Sequence record: PP658200.1
Length of the DNA: 64,000 bases
Direction: 5' to 3' (one strand)
Origin: Escherichia phage HY126
Part shown: positions 52,634 to 62,030 of the stretch, piece after piece
Layout of the letters: each line of letters opens with the position of its first letter
Position numbering within the stretch: position 1 is the first letter of the stretch
Notes under the pieces: model-generated
The model's database searches: none
Told to the model about the DNA's origin: nothing
Seen by the model: only the letters and a program-made list of their open reading frames with translations
Program-made: the position numbers and the translations under genes

Positions 52634-53299
52634 TTACACTATAGAGGCAATTAAATTATTTACAATATCTTCTTTATAAACTTCAGCATAATGAAGTTCA
52701 TATATTTCCCATCCTAATGATTTTATAATATCATGGCGTTCTTTATAATAAGGGGCCAAAATCTTTTTCTTAGGATTGGAGTAATGTTGGTTTCCATTAA
52801 CTTCAATAATAATCTTTTTATCTATTAAAGCAATATCCGTGCAATACGCTCGGTTTTTAACCGGTTGGTATTCTTCAATAAATGAAATTCCGTTTTCTAT
52901 TAATTTAGATTTCAAAAATTCACAAGGCACAGATTTAAATTTTGTATTTTTCTTCCAAGGATGTTTATCAGGGTTTTCATTCAACCATTTTTTCCGAGCA
53001 TTAGATATTTTTATTCTAGATTCCTCAGAGTGTTCTCTACCTAATGAAGCGGCTGACAATTTTTGTCTAGTCTCTTCCGAAATTACTACAGGGACACCAG
53101 TCTTTTTAGATACAACATACTGGTTTAAATTACCTGAAGCTATACGTGCTTTATTCATTGCTGCAATGGCTGATTTAGAACTTTCTTTATACAATTCCAA
53201 TTTAGGGTTGGATTTACACCATCTAGTGTGGTTAGCCATCCATCCTTTAGGTTTATTAGAAATATCAAATTCCATATTACAATGTTTACAAATGCTCAT
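52634..53299 (-). CDS. Freestanding homing-endonuclease-like protein (Zn finger + NUMOD-like repeats + DUF559/Vsr-like nuclease)
   Basis: CKHC...HTRWC; ISEETRQKLSAASLGREHSEESRIKISNARK; IIEVNGNQHY...ELHYAEV; start at ATG 53299 (track start is TTG 53305). Confidence 0.6.
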   Translation of the reverse strand: MSICKHCNMEFDISNKPKGWMANHTRWCKSNPKLELYKESSKSAIAAMNKARIASGNLNQYVVSKKTGVPVVISEETRQKLSAASLGREHSEESRIKISNARKKWLNENPDKHPWKKNTKFKSVPCEFLKSKLIENGISFIEEYQPVKNRAYCTDIALIDKKIIIEVNGNQHYSNPKKKILAPYYKERHDIIKSLGWEIYELHYAEVYKEDIVNNLIASIV

Positions 53300-53309
53300 T
53301 ACCAATTAT

Positions 53310-53328
53310 CTCCTATAAAATATAGGAG
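53310..53328 (-). promoter_or_regulatory. SD-sequestering hairpin upstream of the endonuclease-like gene
   Basis: CTCCTATA-ttt-TATAGGAG; 3' arm contains AGGAG 10 nt before the 53299 ATG. Confidence 0.4.
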
Positions 53329-53373
53329 TATTTATTATTTGGATAGAGCACTTAATTTACTTCGTTTAAATTA

Positions 53374-53445
53374 CTGGCGCACTTGGACTCGAACCAAGAT
53401 AAAGGAGTTAACAGCTCCCCGTAATAACCTTTATACGATGCACCA
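53374..53445 (-). tRNA. tRNA-Asn (anticodon GUU), CCA not encoded
   Basis: Hand-folded: acceptor TGGTGCA/TGCGCCA, D-arm with GG, anticodon stem GGGAG/CTCCT loop CTGTTAA, T-arm CTTGG-TTCGAGT-CCAAG. Confidence 0.8.
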
Positions 53446-53451
53446 TTTGTT

Positions 53452-53526
53452 TGGTGACCCTGGCTGGTTTCGATCCAGCTACCTATCAGTTATGAGCTGA
53501 CAGCTCTCCCATTGAGCTACAGGGCC
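53452..53526 (-). tRNA. tRNA with CAU anticodon (Met, or Ile if lysidine-modified), CCA encoded
   Basis: Hand-folded: acceptor GGCCCTG/CAGGGTC, D-arm GCTC-AATGGGA-GAGC, anticodon loop CTCATAA, T-arm GCTGG-ATCGAAA-CCAGC, 3' ACCA. Confidence 0.8.
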
Positions 53527-53605
53527 TAAATAACTTTCTATTATGAAAGGCACTTTAGAGCACCTTTGGTAATAGAGGGTATGAATTAATAATAACACAT
53601 AATTC

Positions 53606-54121
53606 TTAAAGCAAATCAATCATTTTAACAGTCGGCAAAACAATTTCTTCTTCAATATAAGCGAATTCAACACGTTCAACTACACGCAAGAAATCATAGT
53701 CGTAGTATTCAGAAGCATAGCCAAGAATATCAATAAGGCCTTGGGATATCTCATCGCCTTTCACAAAGAACAGGTCGAATACACGCGATTCGTCTTCTTC
53801 AGATTTATTACCAAGGTCGACTTCAATATCAAAGACCTTTTTAATGAATTCTGGATAAAGCTGGTCTGAGAACAGTCCTTCAACCAAGTATTCATAGATT
53901 AAAAGCGAGCAATCACTGAATGGTGTATTACCACAGTAACGTTCAGCTTTAGTGCTAGAATGACGACTCTTAAATTTCTTCAAGAGATATTTAAACTGTT
54001 GGAGCTCATGCTCTTCTACACCAAATAATGTTTTGGTTTTATAGTTGTCGCCGTCATTTTCCCAAGTAGTGACATCAATTACGTAACCTTTAGGAATTGT
54101 ACTGCCTAAACAAATATTCAT
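53606..54121 (-). CDS. Hypothetical acidic protein
   Basis: ORF track 171 aa. Confidence 0.55.
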   Translation of the reverse strand: MNICLGSTIPKGYVIDVTTWENDGDNYKTKTLFGVEEHELQQFKYLLKKFKSRHSSTKAERYCGNTPFSDCSLLIYEYLVEGLFSDQLYPEFIKKVFDIEVDLGNKSEEDESRVFDLFFVKGDEISQGLIDILGYASEYYDYDFLRVVERVEFAYIEEEIVLPTVKMIDLL

Positions 54122-54125
54122 TTAC

Positions 54126-54416
54126 TCACCGTACCATATTAATGTAATTATATTCAATGCAACATAATTTCAAAGGATTCTTGAAAATATCATATTCAAG
54201 AGGACCTTTTTCTGTTTCAATAAAGAAATCAAAGTTCACACTATTAAATTTGCGGTCTTCCCAAAGTAATTTAACCTGTGAAGATGAACGGTCGACGTAA
54301 ACCTTTTCAACTTCAAAGTGGGTCAAAATACCATAGTAATCGACTAGTGCTTTAGCTGCAGCTCGGTCGCTTTCATATCCATTCTCAACGGATTTTACCT
54401 TAGCATAAAGAATCAT
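54126..54416 (-). CDS. Hypothetical protein
   Basis: ORF track 96 aa. Confidence 0.5.
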   Translation of the reverse strand: MILYAKVKSVENGYESDRAAAKALVDYYGILTHFEVEKVYVDRSSSQVKLLWEDRKFNSVNFDFFIETEKGPLEYDIFKNPLKLCCIEYNYINMVR

Positions 54417-54775
54417 GAATGTTCCACCATTTCAAAGGTATGAGCATCAACAATATGATACCAGTCAAAATTTTCTTCTGCGTTTTTACAAATTTCGCGA
54501 AGAGCCTCAACAGTTTTTCCTGTAGCAACAAGGTCGTCAATACCGCCAAGAGGATAACAGTCGTAACCGGCAAACAGAAGGAAATTAATAGTTTCTGTAG
54601 GGGCCGGATGCAGTGTACCATTGTCATCGACTACTTCAAAGAACATATAACCAGGCGATTTAGATTTAATCCAAGCCCATGCTTGAGCTGCTGAATCAAA
54701 TGGTCTGCGTATCAAACGACAATCAGGGTCTTTAGAAGGATTTGCTTCAAAATCCGCATATACGTGATATTTCAT
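54413..54775 (-). CDS. Hypothetical protein
   Basis: Track ORF trimmed to ATG 54775 (MKYHVYADFE...). Confidence 0.5.
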   Translation of the reverse strand: MKYHVYADFEANPSKDPDCRLIRRPFDSAAQAWAWIKSKSPGYMFFEVVDDNGTLHPAPTETINFLLFAGYDCYPLGGIDDLVATGKTVEALREICKNAEENFDWYHIVDAHTFEMVEHS

Positions 54776-54776
54776 T

Positions 54777-54962
54777 TTACTCACCTTTTGCAATTTTATC
54801 CATAACGATAGCGATTAAGCCGATTAGAAATGCTACTACCAATGAGATAGAATTTTCTGTTGTTGTCAGTAGTCCACAAATGAATCCTACAAACATCGAA
54901 AAACTAAAAGCCATTGAAGCAATTACTACAGCAACATTACGAATCAGTTCAGCGCGTTTCAT
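54777..54962 (-). CDS. Small membrane protein
   Basis: Track ORF trimmed to ATG 54962 with GGAG SD; two TM helices. Confidence 0.45.
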   Translation of the reverse strand: MKRAELIRNVAVVIASMAFSFSMFVGFICGLLTTTENSISLVVAFLIGLIAIVMDKIAKGE

Positions 54963-54991
54963 TTTATTTCTCCATTTACTCATTTTGTTTT

Positions 54992-55030
54992 GATAGGACT
55001 ACTATAACATAGTCCTATCAGCGTGTAAAC
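54992..55030 (-). promoter_or_regulatory. Promoter/stem-loop cassette
   Basis: Minus sense GTTTACA...TGTTATAGTAGTCCTATC; -35 abuts stop of 55034..55321. Confidence 0.5.
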
Positions 55031-55033
55031 TAC

Positions 55034-55321
55034 TTACAGAAGAGTTTTTGCAATAATTTTAAGCTGAGCTACAGAAATGTGCTTAGCTTTAAACAGTGCA
55101 GTCTCTTCAGCCGGAGAGATAACAATAGTAGCGCCATCTTTCTTAGCGGACCACCCGTCTCCTAAGTAAACAGTACCTTTTACTTCTTCGCCGTCAGCTA
55201 GACTAATCATTGGTTTACCCTCACGGCCTTTGTTTGCTTTAATAACTTCGGAAGTAAGGGTTGCTTCAGTCAGAGTAGAAACGTTAGCAACAGGTGATAT
55301 AAATTCTTTATAGGTTTTCAT
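55034..55321 (-). CDS. Internal protein I-like (MKTYKEFISP leader), positional ipI
   Basis: ORF track 95 aa; CTS leader; lies just upstream of 57B as ipI does in T4. Confidence 0.7.
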   Translation of the reverse strand: MKTYKEFISPVANVSTLTEATLTSEVIKANKGREGKPMISLADGEEVKGTVYLGDGWSAKKDGATIVISPAEETALFKAKHISVAQLKIIAKTLL

Positions 55322-55346
55322 TTTATTTCCTTGAGGTTGTTTATTT

Positions 55347-55385
55347 GATAGGATGATAGTAACACACCATCATCCTTATGTAAAC
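55347..55385 (-). promoter_or_regulatory. Promoter/stem-loop cassette
   Basis: Minus sense GTTTACA-taAGGATGATG...TTACTATCATCCTATC; 8-bp inverted repeat. Confidence 0.5.
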
Positions 55386-55398
55386 TGTTTTGTGAAAA

Positions 55399-56084
<686 letters not shown>

Positions 56085-56088
56085 TTTA

Positions 56089-56823
56089 TTACCTTAAGAT
56101 TGTTTCAATTTTAGAATAAAGCTCTTCTAAAGAGCCGTCGTTTGTAATAACTAAATCGCCTTCTTCAATAGGCAACCCAGCTTCTGTAATATGTTTATCG
56201 GTGGATTCCGTACCAGAGCGAACCACATGAATAACTGTAGCACCCATCGCTCTAGCGGTTTCCATTTCATGGACTTGACGTGTATCGGTTACGACATAGT
56301 AATCGAAATCACTTCCAATATAATCCATATAGTTTAATGCAAAAAGTTTAACCCAATACATACGGTCAAATAAATTAACGACAACATCCGTACCGAGGGC
56401 TTGCATAAGACGGCGGATTGACCATGTGTCGTTGATATTATTTATAGCTTCACGCAGGGCTTCATATGGTTTAATATCTAGATACGAATATCCACCTTCT
56501 AACGATGATAATACTTTAACATTATTAATTGGTAAATATTGACTTTGCAAATAAATTAGCGCTTCTTCCAATAATTCAATAACATCCAACTTATTGAGAT
56601 TTAATGGTGTTTCACGGTCGTATCCAATGCCTTCAAAGTATTCGTATTTCAACTCTGTGAATACATCAGGGTTTTCAGCATGCCTACGTCCCCAGGCTAT
56701 TGCTAGAGCGTCTTTAATCGGATATGCCAATTGGTATTTTACGGATTTAAAGTTTGAATTGATGTAATCAGCAGTAGTGTCTTTACCACTACGTTTGATG
56801 CCACTTAAAAAGATTAGCTCCAT
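56089..56823 (-). CDS. 1: dNMP kinase
   Basis: ORF track 244 aa; near-identical to T4 gp1 (SGIKRSGKDTTAD...RRLMQALGTD...MYWVKLFAL). Confidence 0.95.
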   Translation of the reverse strand: MELIFLSGIKRSGKDTTADYINSNFKSVKYQLAYPIKDALAIAWGRRHAENPDVFTELKYEYFEGIGYDRETPLNLNKLDVIELLEEALIYLQSQYLPINNVKVLSSLEGGYSYLDIKPYEALREAINNINDTWSIRRLMQALGTDVVVNLFDRMYWVKLFALNYMDYIGSDFDYYVVTDTRQVHEMETARAMGATVIHVVRSGTESTDKHITEAGLPIEEGDLVITNDGSLEELYSKIETILR

Positions 56824-56876
56824 AGGTTTTCCTCATATAATTTATGAGTGATTATAACATACGGAGCTAGAAGCGA

Positions 56877-57467
56877 TTAACGCAAGGAAGGGTGTCTAGA
56901 AATGGATTTAGATTCGACAGCTTGGCGTGGTTGTTGAGATACAATGACTTCGCCATCCTTTTCTATCGTCATATACGCGTAGTGAATAGTTGCTACGCAC
57001 GTAACGGCAGGGTCAGAGTCTTCGGTGTAACTAAATTCAATTTCACTCAAATCGGAAATCCATGGTTTATAGAAATTTGCCGTCAAAACTACTTCGGTCT
57101 TATTGTTGTTTAAAATGTGCAAAGTAACAAACTCAGGACCATCAGAGTGGGCCGTATTATGGCCGGTTATATAGTTATTAGTGCTGAGCATCCATTTATA
57201 CATGTTCATCCAGGACGTCATGTCTTCATCAACTATAAATCGTACAATAAAAGGGTCATATTCAAATGTGGTGCCTGCACGCATTGCACGTCCTAGCCCC
57301 ATTGTGCCTGTCACAGTTTCAACAACAGGAATTCTCACACCTGGCAATGGAGCCGTTTGGGCATTGAGCACAAAACCTGAAGTTCGTGTACTATCTGGGA
57401 TATCCACAACAAAGTTTGTTATATTTGTTTGGTTAAAAATCTGTCTCGCTGGACGAGTCATAAGCAC
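56877..57467 (-). CDS. 3: Tail completion / sheath stabiliser protein (positional)
   Basis: ORF track 196 aa; between genes 1 and 2 as in T4. Confidence 0.75.
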   Translation of the reverse strand: MLMTRPARQIFNQTNITNFVVDIPDSTRTSGFVLNAQTAPLPGVRIPVVETVTGTMGLGRAMRAGTTFEYDPFIVRFIVDEDMTSWMNMYKWMLSTNNYITGHNTAHSDGPEFVTLHILNNNKTEVVLTANFYKPWISDLSEIEFSYTEDSDPAVTCVATIHYAYMTIEKDGEVIVSQQPRQAVESKSISRHPSLR

Positions 57468-57563
57468 CTCAAAAACGCTTTAATAAAAATGCAGTATAAT
57501 GGTTTTAGGTCTCTTCCATTAATCCGGTTCAACAGAATATCAGAAGAACGGAAGAGAATAGAA

Positions 57564-58385
57564 TTAAGATTTCCAAACAGTATTCGCAGAGAAACGTTTT
57601 CCTTTTGACATAAACTGCTGAGTAGGTAACATGATTATGTTAGCCCAGTCTTTAGGAGCTATTTCTGTTATTGTTCCTCTAATGTGGCCTGGCAGGTATG
57701 CTTTAATCATTTTGTCAGCACCTTGAAATCCTTTCACCTTGCTCCAGTCTATCTTCAACTTTGTGTTATTAGTAATAGTAGTTGTGCTAGCATATTGCTT
57801 CAGCAATTCTTCAAGAAACTGTTGACGTGCTTTAGGTGGGATATAGTGCAAGTTTAACCCATACATCAAATTATGTTTACCTAATCCTAAATAAATAATC
57901 AAAGGATATCGGTCCCAGTATGGCAGAGTATCTTTATGTTTAGCATCATAAACGTAAGTATAAATTTTGCCTGGCGTAGGCTTGACTACTTTATGACCTT
58001 TTACACTTTTCTTAATTGTTTCAACAAACCACTTAGATGATTTGTTGTTTACTGCTGCGCCTTCATTTCTAATCTTTTCTCGTATTGAACTGTGAAACGA
58101 GTTTATCATCAGAAGTTGACGTTCTTGCTTATTGAGTTTATTTTTAGGTTTAGATTCAAGCGTTTCAATTTTCTGTGCAGTCTTAATAGATGATGCATAT
58201 CTAGACATTGCAAATGTAAACGACGAGTATTTTATTCCTTTTGATTCTGCAAATGCTTTTGCAGTGATTCCTTTCTCTTTAGCTTTCTTGTATTCTAATC
58301 CTATCTCAATCCATTTTCTTTCATTCATAGACTGAGCAATCTTAGGGGCTTGTACGCCTTCAGATATAATTTGGAATATGCTCAT
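57564..58385 (-). CDS. 2: DNA end-protector protein
   Basis: ORF track 273 aa; position and size as T4 gp2. Confidence 0.85.
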   Translation of the reverse strand: MSIFQIISEGVQAPKIAQSMNERKWIEIGLEYKKAKEKGITAKAFAESKGIKYSSFTFAMSRYASSIKTAQKIETLESKPKNKLNKQERQLLMINSFHSSIREKIRNEGAAVNNKSSKWFVETIKKSVKGHKVVKPTPGKIYTYVYDAKHKDTLPYWDRYPLIIYLGLGKHNLMYGLNLHYIPPKARQQFLEELLKQYASTTTITNNTKLKIDWSKVKGFQGADKMIKAYLPGHIRGTITEIAPKDWANIIMLPTQQFMSKGKRFSANTVWKS

Positions 58386-58387
58386 AA

Positions 58388-58837
58388 TTACCCCTTGTAT
58401 CCGAGTTTTCTAAGACCATCTTCGGTTAGAACTCGAAATTTTATATTTCTCTTTTCAGCAACAGCTGAGGCGGCTTTCCATTTGTCACAGTTCACAGACC
58501 AGGTATATATTTCATTCATATAACGTTTCTTTGCTGCAGTTGTAAGATTTGCAGGCTTAATAGGTGGTTGAGTTTCTTTCTTTGGTTTTATTTCTACAAA
58601 GAACTCTTGACCTGATGCATCTTTCATCCATATGTCCATATAGTATCGACGTTTCTTACCTTCAGCATTACAAAAATATGGAATTACTGCTGTTTCACTA
58701 CCCCATGCAATAATTTCTGGATTTTTATCTAACCATTCGAAAAAGAATTTTTCCCAGTTTGAACGATACGTTATTTTGGTATGGTCTCCACGGTATTTTT
58801 TTAAATTTTTTGGGACCCATTTACCAGAGTAGGCCAT
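58388..58837 (-). CDS. 4: Head completion protein
   Basis: Near-identical to T4 gp4 from [11 protein letters not shown]; start at ATG 58837 with AGGAGG SD (track ORF begins upstream). Confidence 0.9.
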   Translation of the reverse strand: MAYSGKWVPKNLKKYRGDHTKITYRSNWEKFFFEWLDKNPEIIAWGSETAVIPYFCNAEGKKRRYYMDIWMKDASGQEFFVEIKPKKETQPPIKPANLTTAAKKRYMNEIYTWSVNCDKWKAASAVAEKRNIKFRVLTEDGLRKLGYKG

Positions 58838-58848
58838 GTTGTCCTCCT

Positions 58849-58856
58849 TATAAATA
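58849..58856 (+). promoter_or_regulatory. Late promoter TATAAATA for gene 53
   Basis: Exact TATAAATA on plus strand ~43 nt upstream of the gene 53 start. Confidence 0.55.
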
Positions 58857-58863
58857 GTATTAT

Positions 58864-58871
58864 TATTTATA
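58864..58871 (-). promoter_or_regulatory. Late promoter TATAAATA for gene 4
   Basis: Exact TATAAATA on minus strand ~27 nt upstream of the gene 4 ATG; divergent from the plus-strand copy. Confidence 0.55.
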
Positions 58872-58898
58872 CCAATTTCATATTGGAAGGAGACTATC

Positions 58899-59474
58899 TT
58901 GTTATTTACATTCTTCGACCCAATAGGATATAGTGCTAAAACAGTTAATAAGAATGCACCTACTATTCCTATGACAGACATATTTCGTAACTATAAAGAG
59001 TACTTTAAACGTGTTGCTGCCAATTATAGATTACGTTCTTATTATATTAAAGGTTCTCCGCGTCCTGAAGAACTAGCAAACATAATTTATGGCAACCCTC
59101 AATTATACTGGGTCCTTTTGATGTGTAATGACAACTATGATCCGTATTATGGTTGGATTACATCTCAGGAAGCAGCATATCAAGCTTCTATTCAGAAATA
59201 TGCTAATGCTGGCGGCGACCAAGTTCTTTACCATATTAATGAAAATCGTGAGAAATTTTACAATTTGGTTTCATATCCGGACGAGCCTTTAGTGTGGTAC
59301 GATAAAGGTGATGAAGCTCGTAAGTATCCGCAATATAAAGGACCTTTAGCTGCAGTAGATACTTATGAAGCGGCAGTATTAGATAATGAAAAACTTCGTA
59401 AAATAAAAATTGTTGCAAAAGAAGATATAAACTCGTTTATCACAGATTTGATTCGTGAGATGGAGATTGCATAA
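58899..59474 (+). CDS. 53: Baseplate wedge protein
   Basis: ORF track 191 aa; near-identical to T4 gp53 (MLFTFFDPIGYSAKTVNKNAPTIPMTDIF); apparent TTG start. Confidence 0.9.
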   Translation: MLFTFFDPIGYSAKTVNKNAPTIPMTDIFRNYKEYFKRVAANYRLRSYYIKGSPRPEELANIIYGNPQLYWVLLMCNDNYDPYYGWITSQEAAYQASIQKYANAGGDQVLYHINENREKFYNLVSYPDEPLVWYDKGDEARKYPQYKGPLAAVDTYEAAVLDNEKLRKIKIVAKEDINSFITDLIREMEIA

Positions 59475-61207
59475 TGGAAATGATTAGCAGTAGCCTTAAT
59501 TGGTTCGTTGGTGTTGTCGAGGACAGAATGGACCCATTAAAACAAGGGCGAGTTCGAGTTCGAGTCGTTGGTCTTCATCCGGCACAGAGAGCACAAGGTG
59601 ACGTACAAGGTATTCCTACAGAAAAACTTCCGTGGATGACTGTTATTCAACCTATTACGTCTGCGTCAATGTCAGGTATTGGTGGTTCTGTTACAGGTCC
59701 TGTTGAAGGAACTCGAGTATATGGTCATTTCTTAGACAAATGGAAAACAAACGGTATTGTACTCGGTACATACGGTGGAATTGTACGCGAAAAGCCTAAT
59801 AGACTCGAAGGTTTTTCCGACCCTACAGGTCAATATCCACGACGTTTAGGTAATGATACGAACGTATTAAACCAAGGCGGCGAAGCTGGTTATTATTCGA
59901 ACTCTAACGTAATTCAAGATAACAACTTGGATTATGGTATAAACCCAGATGATACAGATTTAGCAAATATTCCAGAAGATGATGACCCTAATTTTACAAT
60001 AACAGAAATGTTACGTCGTGACGAAGGTCTTCGTGATAAAGTGTATTGGGACCATCTCGGATATCCTACAGTAGGTATTGGACACCTTATCGTAATGGAA
60101 AAGACCCGAGATATGTCTCGAATTAATAAATTGTTATCTGATCAAGTAGGGCGTGAAGTAACAGGAAATCCCGGGACTATTACATTAGAAGAAGCAACAG
60201 CGTTATTTGAGAAGGACCTTGCTAAGATGCAGAAAGACATTCGTTCTAATTCTAAAGTAGGTCCTGTTTATGCTAAAATGAACAGATCACGCCAAATGGC
60301 ATTAGAAAACATGTGCTTCCAAATGGGCGTTGGTGGTGTAGCAAAATTCAATACTATGCTTAAAGCAATGGCCACAGGCGATTGGAAAACTGCATACAAA
60401 TCTGGACGCGATTCATTATGGTTCCAACAGACTAAAGGACGCGCTTCACGTGTAACAACAATTATTTTAACCGGTAACATGGAATCATACGGTGTTCCTG
60501 TTAAAACACCGCCTTCACCAGGAGTTGGTGCCGATTTAGTTACTAGAAATACCGATCCAGAAGACCCGGCTGGTCCTCCTGTTCCATTAGATTCGCGCAT
60601 CCTTTTTAAAGAACCGGAATCAAGTTATCGTGGCGAGTACCCATATGTTCATGCTATGGAAACAGAAAGTGGTCATATCCAAGAATTTGACGATACTCCA
60701 GGTAATGAACGTTATCGCTTAGTTCATCCAACAGGGTCATATGAGGAAGTTTCTCCGTCTGGGCGTCGTACTCGTAAAACTGTAGAAGACCTTTTTGACA
60801 TCACTAATGGCGACGGGAACTTCTTGATTTCTGGCGATAAGCTTGTTAACGTTGGCGCTAATGAAATATATTATAACATGGCAGACCGCCTCCATCAAAT
60901 AGACGGCAATGACACAATCTTTATTCGTGGTAACCAAGCTAAAACTGTTGAAGGCGATGGAACTCTTTACGTTAAGGGCAATATCAAAATAGTTGTTGAC
61001 GGAAATGCAGATATTCTTGTTAAAGGTGATGCTAAAACTCAGGTCGAAGGGAATCATGATTACACCGTCAACGGAAACGTTAAATGGACTGTTAATGGTA
61101 ATGTTGATATGACTGTTGCCGGGGATTGGGCAGAAACAATGTCTACAATGAGCTCAGTAGCTTCAGGACAATACACTGTTGACGGATCTCGTATTGATAT
61201 TGGGTAA
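59474..61207 (+). CDS. 5: Baseplate hub subunit and tail lysozyme
   Basis: ORF track 577 aa; MEMISSSLNWFVGVVEDRMDP, central lysozyme domain, C-terminal VxGxxxxxV beta-helix repeats. Confidence 0.95.
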   Translation: MEMISSSLNWFVGVVEDRMDPLKQGRVRVRVVGLHPAQRAQGDVQGIPTEKLPWMTVIQPITSASMSGIGGSVTGPVEGTRVYGHFLDKWKTNGIVLGTYGGIVREKPNRLEGFSDPTGQYPRRLGNDTNVLNQGGEAGYYSNSNVIQDNNLDYGINPDDTDLANIPEDDDPNFTITEMLRRDEGLRDKVYWDHLGYPTVGIGHLIVMEKTRDMSRINKLLSDQVGREVTGNPGTITLEEATALFEKDLAKMQKDIRSNSKVGPVYAKMNRSRQMALENMCFQMGVGGVAKFNTMLKAMATGDWKTAYKSGRDSLWFQQTKGRASRVTTIILTGNMESYGVPVKTPPSPGVGADLVTRNTDPEDPAGPPVPLDSRILFKEPESSYRGEYPYVHAMETESGHIQEFDDTPGNERYRLVHPTGSYEEVSPSGRRTRKTVEDLFDITNGDGNFLISGDKLVNVGANEIYYNMADRLHQIDGNDTIFIRGNQAKTVEGDGTLYVKGNIKIVVDGNADILVKGDAKTQVEGNHDYTVNGNVKWTVNGNVDMTVAGDWAETMSTMSSVASGQYTVDGSRIDIG

Positions 61208-61210
61208 TAT

Positions 61211-61726
61211 ATGGCACAAATACTTCCTTTAAATACCGACTTAGGAGAAGACATGGAAGGGGCGTCTATTGACGTCCTTTTTACTCCACAGTTAGAAACA
61301 ACCGAAACTTTAGTGTCAATAAATATAACAGATTATGAACCGACACAAGGCATTACGGTAGATGGTAATCGTTTATATGGAACATATGAAAGTGTGTTTA
61401 GCTTTTCTTCAGACGCATTGAAATACCGATTAAATGATGATTTTGAAACCGCATCTTCATGGGATGATTTACCAAAAGATGAGTCTACACAGTTATATTT
61501 GTGGAGAGCTCCTCAGAATCTTCGTAAAGTGTTTAGTTATACGGTTGAAATGATTTATAACTACCAAGAAGAAAGTTCATCAGGCGGTTCTAGAAGTGGC
61601 TCTGGTACAGAACCTCCACCGGCTCCAGTACAAAAAACTCTTACTAAGGTTTATACAAAAACTATAGTAGGAAATTGGAGCAAATGGGCTCATCAATTAC
61701 GAAACTATGTTTATGTGAGGCCGTGA
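61211..61726 (+). CDS. 5.1: Baseplate-associated protein (positional 5.1)
   Basis: ORF track 171 aa. Confidence 0.55.
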   Translation: MAQILPLNTDLGEDMEGASIDVLFTPQLETTETLVSINITDYEPTQGITVDGNRLYGTYESVFSFSSDALKYRLNDDFETASSWDDLPKDESTQLYLWRAPQNLRKVFSYTVEMIYNYQEESSSGGSRSGSGTEPPPAPVQKTLTKVYTKTIVGNWSKWAHQLRNYVYVRP

Positions 61727-61728
61727 AA

Positions 61729-62022
61729 ATGTCTGGCTTAAGTTACGACAAGTGCGTTACAGCAGGTCATGAAGCATGGCCTCCTACTGTAATAAATGCT
61801 TCCCAATCTAAAGTGTTCACCGGCGGTATTCCTGTTCTTGTGGCAGGAGACCAAATAACACCTCATACAGAAATTAAAAAACCATACGAGACTCATGGAG
61901 GTGTTACTGAACCTCGTACATCTAAAGTATACGTCACCGGTAAAAAGGCCGTTCAAATGGCTGACCCAATTTCATGCGGGGATACTGTTTCTCAGGCCTC
62001 GTCAAAAGTCTTTATAAAATAG
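61729..62022 (+). CDS. 5.4: PAAR-repeat spike-tip protein
   Basis: Internal ATG of track ORF; [19 protein letters not shown]...PISCGDTV 97 aa, matching T4 gp5.4. Confidence 0.8.
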   Translation: MSGLSYDKCVTAGHEAWPPTVINASQSKVFTGGIPVLVAGDQITPHTEIKKPYETHGGVTEPRTSKVYVTGKKAVQMADPISCGDTVSQASSKVFIK

Positions 62023-62030
62023 GAATTAAA

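Noticed and set aside
18735-55385. Possible CRISPR array suggested by a recurring ~40-bp motif
   Set aside because: Copies are 200-2000 bp apart, always in intergenic gaps directly upstream of ORFs, variable in sequence and carrying -35/-10 hexamers; no regular repeat-spacer architecture. Interpreted as promoter cassettes.
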